Below are positions 1 through 11,100 of a stretch of DNA of 64,000 nucleotides, in pieces; within the stretch, counting starts at the first letter, position 1; every line of letters starts with the position of its first letter. The stretch is from Lama guanicoe (Eukaryota): contig MU053493.1 in assembly GCA_013239625.1 (NCBI GenBank), forward strand, positions 1,187,793-1,251,792, in the 5' to 3' direction. Under the pieces are notes generated by a model. It worked only from the letters and a program-made list of their open reading frames with translations. It was not told where the DNA came from and searched no databases. The position numbers and the translations under genes are program-made.

Positions 1-500
1 TGGCTGCTTTCTTGTTGCTGAGCTGCTGGGCTGTTCCCAGTTCGGGGCTCTTATGAATAAGGCTGCTGTGAAGGTTTTATACAAGGCGTTTTGTGGACAG
101 ATGCTTTGTTTCTCTTAGGTTAACACCTAGGAATGGAACTCCTGGCAGGGTCATCGGGCAGCTCGTCAAAGCCCACCAGACCGTTTTGTACCTGCACCCA
201 CAAGGCACCAGGGTCCTGGGGGCTGCGCATCCTTGCCAACATTTGGTACTGTCAGCTTTATTTCTTTTAAGATGTCCCGGGGGGGTTATCATCGGAGTGT
301 TAATTTGCATTTCCCTGGCGACTAATGATACCCATGTTCCAACTCTTTTTATTCACTTTTTACTAGGTGGTTTGTCTTTATATTATTGAGTTGTAGCCAT
401 GACTTTGATAAGCAGAATTTTTAAATGTTTATGTTCAGAATTTATGAAATGTTATGTTCATTTATGGTTATTGCTTTCTGTGTCCTAAAAAAGCTTTTTG

Positions 501-646
501 GTAGGAAGTGTATAGCTCAGCAGTAGAACACGTGCTTAGCATGCACGAGGTCCTGGGTTCAATCCCCAGTACTTCCATAAAAAATTCCAAAAAATAAAAA
601 AAATTAAAACCTAATTACCTCCCCCCTCCAAAAATAAGTAAATAAA
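501..646 (+). mobile_element. tRNA-Ala-derived camelid SINE (Vic-1-like)
   Basis: tatagctcagcagtag (A box), cgtgc-tt-AGC-at-gcacg anticodon arm, ggttcaatccc (B box), A-rich linker, aaacctaattacctcccc, A tail; degenerate TSD aaagctttttg/aaacttttg. Confidence 0.92.
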
Positions 647-720
647 CTTTTGCCTACTGCAAATCACGAAGGTAGTCTCCTGTATTTCTTCTTGAAGTTC
701 TGTCCCTCAGCTTTTACGTT

Positions 721-1324
721 TGATGCAGGAAAATGGGTGTGGGGCGTGAGGAGGGCCGCATCCCAGGCTTCGGTTGAGCCCCTGAGACGTGCCCGCCAAA
801 GTGTGGGTCCTTGGCTTCACATAGGAAAGACTTCAAGAGCTAGCGACAGTTGAGTAAAGGTAGACTTATTTAGAGAGATACAAGAGAAAGGCAAGGAAAA
901 GATATGGGAACTGGGTGCTCAGGTTAAAGTAAAAGCAGGTATGTACTCCATAGATAGAGGGCTGTCTCCAAAGAGGAGGGAGCGAAAAGGACCACTAGGC
1001 ATGGTGTTGTCAGTTTTCATGGGCTCAGTAGCTTCACACACCTTCCAACTGCCCTGGGGAAGGGGCTGGGATTCCCAGGATCTGGGCCCCCACCCATTCT
1101 TTGCCAGTTTGCAGTTAGCCTTGGGGCTATCATGGTGCCTGCGGGCATGTTATTGATCACAGCGTATAATGAAGCTCAAGGTCCACTAGAAGTCAAACCT
1201 CTTAATTCTCAAGGCCACCTGGGAGGTGAATCTTCCACCATTTTGGAGAATCTTCCACCATTTTGGTGTTAAATTGCTGTCATTCCTTGAGTGGCTGTGC
1301 CCTGACCCCTTCCCTCCTGTCTCA
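721..1324 (-). mobile_element. Solo LTR, ERV1-like; same family as 46672-47334
   Basis: TG...CA ends (tgatgcagg...cctgtctca), 4-bp TSD cgtt/catt, clear similarity to 46672-47334, internal 20-bp tandem duplication gaatcttccaccattttgg at ~1228-1266. Confidence 0.88.
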
Positions 1325-1639
1325 CATTGAGATTTGTGATTCATTGTCAGTGAACCTTTTTGTATGGGGTGAGGTAGGGATTGAGGTTCATTTTTTTTTT
1401 TCTACTTGGATATCCAGCTTCTCCAGCCATATTTGTGGAAAAGACCATCCTATCCATGCTGAATTACAGTGGTGTCTTTGTCAAAATTCCAGTGGCCGTG
1501 TAAATGAGGACTGTTTCTGGGCTCTTTGTTCTGTCCCGTTGTCCCACTTGCCCATCATCAGGCCAGCACCGCACTGCCTTGACTCCTGCACGTCCATCAC
1601 ACTCTCCTGGCTCTGCTCCGGTGTGACCAGTAGATGGTA

Positions 1640-2120
1640 CTCACATTGTTTGCTCACACTCATTTCCCTTACAGATAAAATGGTGATGCCACCGCTAAGT
1701 GACGGTGGTGACTGTGTGAATGGCCTACGGTGATGTCTGGCGTGGTACCACACATAGGGCCCGTCCAGTCTTTGTCTTCCTCTTTGAGTCTGTAAGCGGC
1801 TCACATCTTTGTGTGCCTTCACCGTATCTCTGGCGTGGCTGACAAGTCAGGAGAGGAACAACAGGATGGAAATAATTTTAACTACGATCCTCGATTTCGC
1901 GGCAGAGGACAAAAACCAAGACACTGTCTGCTGAGTTCCCGTGTTGACCTTGGCTGTTTTATTGGGCAGCCTCCTCTACTCTTTTGAAGTTTACTTCTCT
2001 GGGCCTCAGTTTTCTCACAGGTGAAATGAAGATAATCCCCTCAAGGCCATTGTCAGACACATTTGCATTAAGGCACAGGCACGGGAAAGCGCTTTCTTGC
2101 CTCTGAATGTTGTAATAGCA
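1640..2120 (+). mobile_element. Two degraded MIR fragments (~1640-1770, ~1985-2120)
   Basis: MIR core-like ctctgggcctcagttttctcacaggtgaaatgaagataat and gataaaatggtgatg...cacatagg. Confidence 0.6.
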
Positions 2121-3819
2121 CAGATCACCATCTTCTGCATCTCTCCCCATTGAGACTGCAGACACTCAGAGGGCAGGGGATGTATTTTTTCCCCATTTTT
2201 TTTTTGTGTTGACTCAGATATGAAGGTTCACATCATTGATTTAGCACCTACTTCATTTTTTTCATTGTCATTAAAGTGATTGCTTCTCTCAGGGTTTTCT
2301 CAAGGACCAGAGATAACAGAGCATCTTTGAGTCCCTGCAAGTATTTGTTGTCACACTTTATGAACAGCACTTTTAGAATCATTTACTCGAAGTGTTTACA
2401 GACTCAAAGAGCCAGCTCCTGCCTTCTTGAAGTTCTGGATTTAAGACACAGAGCAAGGCAGGTGTGAACACGAGGCAGCTGCTGTGGAAGGCGGGCACCC
2501 GGACAATGGTGATGGCACTGACCATCCACTCTTGAGCCCTCCGTGCCTCACAGGGTGTGTCTGGAACATCCTTAGTCCCTTAACCCAGAAGAAAGGTGAG
2601 AGCCTGAGGCAAGGGGCAAGGTGGGCTGTGAGGTCGCAGGAAGGGCAGGAAGTGGTCCCTGGAGGCAGCGATGGCTGGGGTCATGTTGAGCCCCGAGCAA
2701 TGGCTTTGAGGACTGTTGACGACTGTTTCAGGTTAAATGTGACTGGATCTCAGGCAGCAAACTCAGGTATTGCGGAAGAGCCCTTTCCCTTTCCTGGCTG
2801 TCTGCTTACATTCTGATTCTGAGCCTCCACTTCCGGTGCCACCGTCATTTGGGGTGACTCCTGCCGCCCCGCATTGTGCTGGAGGTAGGATCCCAGAACC
2901 AAAAGGAGGTGATCCATGAAGGGAATGGCCGCCCTCCAGGCGGGGGGCCAGGCAGATGGACCCCTGGTGTCTGTGCTCCCACTTGCCTGATGGAGACAGG
3001 TGTGTGGACCCAGGGAAGGTCGGGCACAGCTGGCCCCATTATGGTGACAACCTGACTGCTAGTGTCCTGACATCACCCCACGGTGGCCTCTGCTCCCTGG
3101 CACTGGCCCCCTACAGAGCCATGAGCGAAGACTGCAGTCGCTTCCAGGACAAAACTGGCATGAACGAGGCAGCAAGTGTGGGAAGTCTTCCCTTCCTGTA
3201 CTGATATGTCTGAGCCAGAGGTTTGCTGGAGCAGCAGGAAGTGCTGACTCAGATCCCGGACCACGCTTGCTGGGGGAGAGGGCTTTGGCTTCATGCTTCT
3301 AGCCCCGACTTGCAAGCCCTCCTGCTCCTCCTTCGGTGTGCTGTGCTTGCTGGCCGTGCCCTGCTCTCCGCTGTCTGTCTCTTTGGTTTCCTTCAGCTTC
3401 TTCATTGGTTGACTCAGTCTTTGTTTATTGAGCATGTATGGTGGATCGAGGCACCAGATGCAGAAATAAACAAGCACTTCCCTGCTCAGATAAAGCCAGG
3501 TTAGTGCCACTGGATGTGCAGAGGTGTGGCCATGAAGAAGGGATCCCGCCCTCCTCCATGTGACTTGGCTTCTTGCTTAGGGACCCCGTCCAAGGTGAGT
3601 AGGGAAAGAGAGGTGTGGGAGGCAGCAGTGACAGATCTCCACCCAGAGGGTGTGTGGCAGTGAATGCTTTGTTGACAGCCAGCCCTACACTTGAAGTCAA
3701 AGGGCAGAAGACAGTACTGATGGGTGAGAAAATGCTCCAGACAATTTGGAATTAAGGCCTTACGCTGTCTCGGCTTAATCCCACTGCTCCACACTCTTCC
3801 TCGATAAATAGCTGGTCTC

Positions 3820-6170
3820 AGTCAAAGATGCCCAGGGACTGCAAAAGAATTACAAGAGAAACCTTCAAATATAGAAAGAGAAAGAAAAACACACGCCAGA
3901 GACCGAGGGAAGATGTGGATCATTCAGAGACCAGCTTAAGAGTTCAGGAAAGTAAATTTCCAGGCCCTCAAAGAAAATGCTGGCAACGTGATTTCTAAGC
4001 AGAATTTGAGCACAGAAGAAAGATTCAGAGGGGTGAGTGAGACAGAACAGAACAAAGCCCACGCTGGCAGAATTCAGAGGGAAAAAATCAGAAGGGACAA
4101 AAGTAAAAATGATACCGACACAAAGGCTAATTCAGAAGCCGCAAAATAGGAGGCCTCATTGAAAGAGCAGTCACCGTGGACAGGGCAGAGGGAGCTACAC
4201 AAAAGGAACCGAGTGTCACCAGGGTCTGATTTCCGAACAAAGAGTTTCAGAATAGCAGAGAAAAAATTAAGTATATGATCAAGGGAAATCGTGTAAATAT
4301 CCAGGCCGAACTTGACTCTGTCCTTCATAAGGATTTGTTGCATTTTGTTAAGCTTTAAAGGGAATAGCCAAAGCTGGACCCCTCTCTTACACCATACCAA
4401 AAACTCAACTCAAAATGGATTAAAGACTTGAAAGTATGACCTAAAACCATAAAACTCCTACACACAAAAAAAATCAGGGTGCAAACTCCTTGACATTGGT
4501 CTTGGCAATGAATTTCGGAGATGACACCTAAAGAAAAGACAACAAAAGTCGGAATAGACAAGTGAGACTACATCAAACTAAAAACTTCTGCCTCACAAAG
4601 GAAATCATCAACAAAATGGGAAGGCACCCAGTGGGATGGGAGAAAATATTTGCAAATCACGTATCTGCTAAGGGGTTAATATCCAAAATATCTAATACAT
4701 ACAAATCAAAAGCAAAAACAAAAACAAAAACAAACCCAAAAAACACAAACAATCCGATTAAAAAATGGGCTGAGACCCTGAATAGACATTTTTCCAAAGA
4801 AGACATACAGATGGGCCAACAGGTACATGAAAAGATGCTCAACATCACTAATCATCTGGGAAATGCAAATCAAAACCTCAGTGAGATACCACCTCACACC
4901 TGTTAGAATGACCATCATCAAAAAGACAAGAGATAATAAGGGTTGGGGATGATGTGAAGAAACTGGAATCTTTGTGCATTGCTGGTGGGAATGTAAATTG
5001 GTGCGACCACTCTGGAAAATAGTATGGAAGTTTCTCAAAACATTTAAAAATAGAACTGCCATATCATCCAGCAATCCCACTCCTGGGTATTTATCTAAAG
5101 GAAATAAAAACAGGAACTCGAAGAGATAGCTGCACCCTCATGGTCATTGCAGCATTATTTACTATATCTATATAATACTATTTGTATACACACACACAGA
5201 GACACAATGGAATATTATTCAGCCCCGAAAAAGAAGCAAATCTTGCCATTTGTGACCATATGGATGAACCCAGAGCACATTATTATGCTAAGTGAAATAA
5301 GCCAGGCACAGAAAGATAAATACAGCATGGTACCACTTACATATGGAATCTTAAAAAAAAGAAAAGTGAAACTCAAAAACAAAGAGTAGAAAAGTGCTTG
5401 CCAGGGTCTGCAAGTGGAGGCAATGGCGGAGCAGTTGGTGAAAGGAAAAACTAACCAAGAAATAAAAAAGAATGACTGAGTCATGGTGACTTTCTTGATT
5501 TCCTTGGTGCCCCTCACCTGGCATCGAGGCAGAAAAGGTCAGGGACATGGGGTGGGGGGAGGACATGCCCGTCCGGCCACTGCCCAGCTCCACTCTCTGA
5601 AAGGATGCTGACAGATTCTGAGTGGAACAATGGATGTCCCAGTAGTTTCTTATTTAGCCAAACTGACCTAAGTGTTCAGACCAAGACAATGGACAGATAT
5701 TCTCAGGCGTGCCAGAAATCAGAGCACTGAGCTGCTGTGAGCCCTTTTGAATAAGGGTTTTGAATAAAACTATTGAACATCGAGATCCGGCCCAAATTGA
5801 AGTGCATAAAAGTTCAGAGCTCCTACTAAGATTGATGGCGAACCTCAAATATGTTTAAATATAAAAGTAAGAAAGGTTGGCCCTCTGTGTGAATAACAGT
5901 GGCGTATTTGTGAGGTAAACCTTACAAATAGTCATATAACGTAGGAAAACCCCTGGGAGGGGAAAAAGGAGGGTCGTGCAAGTATATCATGTCTTCATCC
6001 TTCTTAGCAGAGCAGTCAGTAGTCTCTAAGTTGGAAATGCTTTTTTTGAAAAATGGGGGCTATACCTTCCAGATTTCTCATATTTTTGGTACCTGGAGAG
6101 CAGTCTTTTAGGGAGCTCTCTCCTATTGCAAAGAAATACTTCTCTGAAATGTAGCAGTCCTTTCTGTGTT
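3820..6170 (+). mobile_element. Ancient HAL1/L1 ORF1-like remnant split by a younger L1
   Basis: Purine-rich ORF1-like sequence at 3820-4350; 5940-6170 (gtcttcatccttcttagcag..., aagaaatacttctctgaaatgtagcagtcct) resembles my recollection of the HAL1 3' part. Confidence 0.5.
4357..5440 (+). mobile_element. LINE-1 ORF2 C-terminal region and 3'UTR, frameshifted
   Basis: Translations [68 protein letters not shown] are canonical L1 ORF2p segments. Confidence 0.95.
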
Positions 6171-6751
6171 ACTGTCACATCCTTGCTCCCCTTTCTTTTT
6201 CCTTAATGAAAATTGCTCCTAGCCAGTGCTCAGCATGCTCTTAGGGACTAGGAATAGCTGGTGAGCTGGCATAAGGGTTGCTGTGGAAATGGAGCAGGTG
6301 AAGTGATGGAGAGCAGAGGTGAGATGCGGCTAAGGAAGGCCTCTGGGAGGAGATGCTTAGATAAGGCCTGGATGCCTGATGATCTGGAGGCCGGCAGGTT
6401 GGGGGCACGCAGCAGAGCAGCAGAGCCCTGAGCAGGAAAGGGGCAGAAACAGAACAAGAGCCTTGTGTTCGGGGCCCTGCTTTGTTGGAAATACAGCAGG
6501 TGCTCTGCCTATTGGGCAATCCCATCCCTACTATACTCTTCATACCTTGGACCTTGTTTTCATTTTTTTCACCTCCTTAACCATCTTTTAGGTCTGCAGA
6601 ATGCCCAGGGGAAGTAGAAATGTCGATGAATGAATGAACAAATGAATGAGTGAATGGATGGAGTTTTGAGGGCGTGAGATTAATGACAGATTCCAGTTAA
6701 TGCCATTAGCTGCTTTTGATGCTTCAGTGTAGTATTTTTAAACGAGACTCC

Positions 6752-6830
6752 TTTAACAGAGGGACTGGGGATTGAACCCAGGACCTCGTGCATGCTAAGC
6801 ACACACTCTACCACTGAGCTACACCCTCCC
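6752..6830 (-). mobile_element. tRNA-Ala-derived SINE, head only
   Basis: Reverse complement: gggagggtgtagctcagtggtagagtgtgtgcttagcatgcacgaggtcctgggttcaatcccc. Confidence 0.9.
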
Positions 6831-8229
6831 ACTAAGTCCATGTTTTATAGCATGTGTCTGAGGTGGCTGACGAGACCCCCTGACCAGCTGGTTTGAGATT
6901 CTAGCCTCCCATGAACCACGTGAATTTGTCTCCTAAGAATTTTAGTTCTAAGATGCATGTGCAGTCAGAGACATGAAATGCATGGCCAAGACCCTCATCT
7001 GTGTTTATCTGAGAAGAAAGGGAGTTGAGGTATTTCCTATCAGGTTCGGGAGACCTCTGCACCCTTCTGGAGGCACGCTTTGGCGTACTTCACCCCTGTT
7101 CTTTGCTAGATGTTGAAATCCAAATGTGGGGACTCCTGGAAGCAGGGGAGTAAGCCATGTTAGTTCCTTTAGGATAAATGTGTCTTCTCTGTTGACGAGA
7201 CTGCTTGGTGGGAATCTGCATTTTGATGATCACGTACGTAGGTTCACTGTTCTGTCTGGGGTGGCTGTGATTTACTGCTGTGTATGTGGGAAACGTTGAG
7301 TCTAAAGCCCGCGGGGTGAGACAGAGGCGGTCTCCACCCTCGAAGCCCAGGTTAGTGCAGTTGGCGGGAGATTGCTGTTGTCCAGAGGGATAAGAAGAGG
7401 TCCCAGGAGCCACGCTTTACATTTTGTCCTTGAAACTGAGCTGGAGCATCCTTCAAACCCGTGTTTCTCAGCACTGAAGTCCTAGCGCCATCCGTCCAGC
7501 TTTTTGTCCCATTTCCCTCTGCAGGGAACAGTAACTGTTTTAGAGTTTTCCACCCAGAAAATGTACCAAGTTGAGTTTTGCTGTTTTGTTTTGACCAGTC
7601 ATGGTCCGTGGAGGCGTTGGCAGCTTCCTGTAGAGTTCCAGCCCTTGGCCTGCCTCGAGGTTCTGGCTGCACCGAGGTATTTCCCAGACACTGGTGTTAC
7701 TGCGTGCCCTTCAGGGTTTGCCCCCTTGGTCCCGCAGGCCTGCTCTTCCTTGCTGAGCGATTGCACGGGACCAGCCGGCACAGCCGTGGGCGCTGCCCCT
7801 TGCAGGGCCACTGGCTGCCGGGATGGACGATGCCGTCTCCTCTCATTCCTGGTCTCTCTTAGGCTCGAAAGTCCGGGCACCTGGTGCTGTGCTGTTCAAA
7901 GGGAGTTCTCTGTGGGCCTCTGTGTGAGGAAAGAGGCCTGTTGGCTTACTTGTGAGGTTCCCACCCTGCCCGGAGGGAGGCTGGGGGGCCAGGCTGGGGC
8001 GTGGGCCAGCGGTGGAATCCCAGCCCCTCGGTGGGACTGCTCTGTGACCTGCTCCCCTCGGAGCCTCTTTTTTCTCGTCTCTCAACTGGGTGCCCTGGTC
8101 AGATTTCTTGTTTCCTTTGCTGCTGTTTCTTCTCCTTGTCCTTTTGCTGGCAAACAGCTGAAAGTGGACAGAGCTGGGAAGCAGCGGGGAGTCCCCATCA
8201 GATGCATTGGGGGCTCAGGTGCGCTGGCC

Positions 8230-9550
8230 CTTTCTTGTCTTTCTGGGACCTCTGTAATGCAAATGTCAGTATGCCTGATGTCGCAGGAGAGGCTTCTTAA
8301 ACTGTGTTCATTTTTAAATTTGCTTTTCTTTTTGTTGTTCTGATTGGATGACTTCCATCATTCCATCTTCCAGACAATTTGTGCATTCTTCTGTGTTACC
8401 TAGCCTCCTGTTAGTTCCTTCTAATGTGTTTACATTTCTGTTATTGTGTTCTTTAGCTCTGACTGGTTCTTTTTTATATTTTGTAGTTCCTTGTCAAAAT
8501 TCTCACTGTGCTCATCTGTCCTCTTCCCAAGTTAGAAGTCTGTTAATAGTTCTTTGGACTCTTTATCTGTAAATTATTTATCTCTATCTTACTCGTTGTT
8601 TCTTCAGGGTTTTTTCTTGTTCTTTCATTTGTAACAAATTCCTCTGTCTTCTCATTTTGCTTAACTTTCTCTGTCTCTGTGAAGTTAGTTAAAACAGTCA
8701 CCTGTCGTGACCTTGAAGGGATATCCTTGTGTGGGAGTGTCCCTGTGCAGCCTGCCTGTGCCCAGTGGCTATGGTGGGAGAGCTGGATCTGACATGAGCA
8801 CAGGTCATGTCTCCCCCCAGCATGTGCTGGTAGCTATCACCTTGATGGGAGGTGGGGCTGGAGATGGAGGGGCTAGGGCCAGAACCAGGTGCGAACCAAA
8901 CTTCTCCTATGTTCAGTGACCATCATCATCCTGTCCCGGGAGGTTGTCAGGTACCAAAGTGCTGGAGCAGAAACCCTGAGTGTCTGGTCTGAGCTGATTC
9001 CTTACCCTCTAAGTATGTGCTCTTCTACCTCCCAGTAACAGCACCTTCATCCCAGAGGCAAGCAGCACTGAAGCAGGAGAGGCAGGAGCAGACACCCAGT
9101 GTGGGCTGGGGCGCACATGGAGCAGTCTCAGGAAGCTGGCCAGAGTCTTGTTCCTGGGGTGAGTTAGCATCTAGGTGCCCTTCACTGGCCCCCTGTAAGT
9201 CCCACTGGTTTTCAAACCAGCTGAGCCGACTCACCTTCCTGGTGTCAGACCCCATGACTGTGGTGCCTGGTATGTGTTCGAACCCCTCACTCCCCAGGGA
9301 GGATTCCTGAGCCCATGTAACCCCTCTTCTCCTCTGTGTCGCCTCCCAGGGGCGCTGGTCCCTGACTGATCACCTCTCTTCCCTTCCTGCCCAACTTCAT
9401 GTGGCTCTTTTAGAGTCTGGATTCCAGAAGCATCTTTCTGCCAGTCTCCAGGCTGTTTTCAATGAGCATTGCTCCACAGGTAGATTTATTTTTGAGGTGT
9501 TTTTCTGGGGAGGTGAACTCAGTGTCCTCCTTTCCACCATCTTGCTCTCC
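8230..9550 (-). mobile_element. Old LINE-1 5'UTR plus ORF1 start
   Basis: T-rich antisense ORF1 (tgggacctctgtaatgcaaatg...cttaaactg), then GC-rich 5'UTR ending ctcctttccaccatcttg (reverse complement caagatggtgg, typical L1 5' terminus). Confidence 0.8.
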
Positions 9551-9554
9551 AACC

Positions 9555-9804
9555 CAATCAGTGATCTTTGATGTTACTATTGCAAAAGAATTACAGCTTG
9601 CTGAAGGCTCACAGGATGGTTAGCATTTTAAGTTAGTAAATCATTCTTAGACACAATGCTGTTGCACATTTAATAGACTGCAGTATAGTGTGTACCTAAC
9701 TTTTATGCGTCCTGGAAAACCAAAACTTTGTGCCACTCACCACTTTATTATGATATTGGCTTTCTAACAGTAGTCTGGGACCAAACCTCTCCAGGGTCTG
9801 CCTG
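9555..9804 (+). mobile_element. Tigger1-family (TcMar) internally deleted element, 3' part
   Basis: cagtgatctttgatgttactattg...gaaggctca...ttagacacaatgctgttgcacatttaatagactgcagtatagtg...gcctg followed by TA. Confidence 0.85.
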
Positions 9805-10765
9805 TATACTGTATAAATCATATAAATTAATATGGAAATTAAAGTTTTTTGAATTATGCACATAATATATGATCACTTTTTTAAAAAGACTATGCAAATA
9901 AACAGAAGAAAATAAATTGGAATCTCCAAATTGCACATTTCCAAACAGCCACTATTAATATCTATCTGGAAAGATTTGATTTATTTATTTCTATACGAAT
10001 ATGTGGATTACGCTAGTTGTATTTTTCTTTTCCCTGAGCATTTACTGAATACCCTTCTGCTAACAAATGCAGATTTATAACATCATTTTGAGGGTTGTTT
10101 TCCTTTTCACTTTTTATTTTCAAGTGATTTTAGATTTATGGGAAGGTTGCAGATACAGCCCTGAGTTACCTTTGTCTCAGACTCAGCTTAGCGGCAGCTT
10201 CCTTGGCTCTGTCAGGCATCCGCAGAAGTGCCTTACCCTTCGTTTTTAGGTTTTATTATTTTCCCTAAGCCATTTTGCTCACCTAAAAACAATTCCTGGA
10301 CTTTTAATCAATCCACGATTTAACAGTAGACCAAGGGCTGTGTCCTTCATGAGATCCTTGCCTTTAAACTTTAGTTTTGAAGCTCAGATCCCACTCTTGG
10401 CTTAATCTTCTCGTGTTTGGAGATCAGAAGCTGTTTCATCTTACACTTGGTAAATCCCTAAATTGATGGGCTCTCTCCGTCTCCTTTCATTACCACTCCC
10501 AAACCAGCCGGTTCTCTTCTGAGCTCAGCCTTCTTGGTTTACCTTCCCAAATGCAGCCAACAGTGGACCCTGTGCACACCTGACACTGCATCCTCCACCC
10601 TGTATTAAGTGAGGGATTTGCCCTCCAGGTGCTCACCAGAAATAGTTTTAGTGAACCTTTCATCATCCTCCCAGCCTCAGAGAAGAGGGTCCTTGCCGCT
10701 CTCTGCCCAACCCCTGAGGCCAAGTCTGCGTAAATTAATATTTTTACAACAGCAGCCCGCTCTCT

Positions 10766-11100
10766 TTATCAGTCACCGTCAGCTCTGCTGTGCTTGGGTA
10801 ACAAACAGCTTCAGAATCACAGCGGCTTACACAAGTGAAGTGCCCACTCCCATTTCGTGTCCATCCTCAGTCAGCAGGGACCTTTGGGACACAACTCGAG
10901 GCATAGGCCCTGCAGGGAAAGTCGTGGGGGTGGGGAGAGGGAGGGGTAGACGCAGTAGGGGCCGGGCGGTGGCCATCAGGCTCCACCAGGAAGTGGCAGG
11001 ACACCTGTGCCTGCTCTTTATCAGCCAAAGCAAGGCCAGGGAAGCCACTGTCACCCTCCACCTTGGAAGAAGGGGGGCAGATTGCTCCACCAGCGATACC
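10766..11100 (-). mobile_element. Old MaLR LTR (MLT1J/K-like)
   Basis: ttatcagtca...gtaacaaacagcttcagaatcacagcggctta and gaagtggca...gccaaagcaag motifs. Confidence 0.6.

Larger units (their letters stand above)
1..1600 (-). mobile_element. Old LINE-1 3' ORF2/3'UTR fragment (L1M-type), interrupted by a SINE and a solo LTR
   Basis: Typical antisense L1 motifs (cctaggaatggaact, catccttgccaacatttgg, taatttgcatttccctg, gatatccagctt..., tttgtcaaaa); minus ORF 77..310 resembles the ORF2 C-terminus (KCWQGC). L1 sequence resumes in register after each insertion. Confidence 0.85.

Noticed and set aside
7504..8343. 279-aa ORF, the longest in the track
   Set aside because: Non-ATG start, no recognisable domain, C/G/A/P/L-rich composition typical of GC-rich non-coding DNA, and its end runs into antisense L1.
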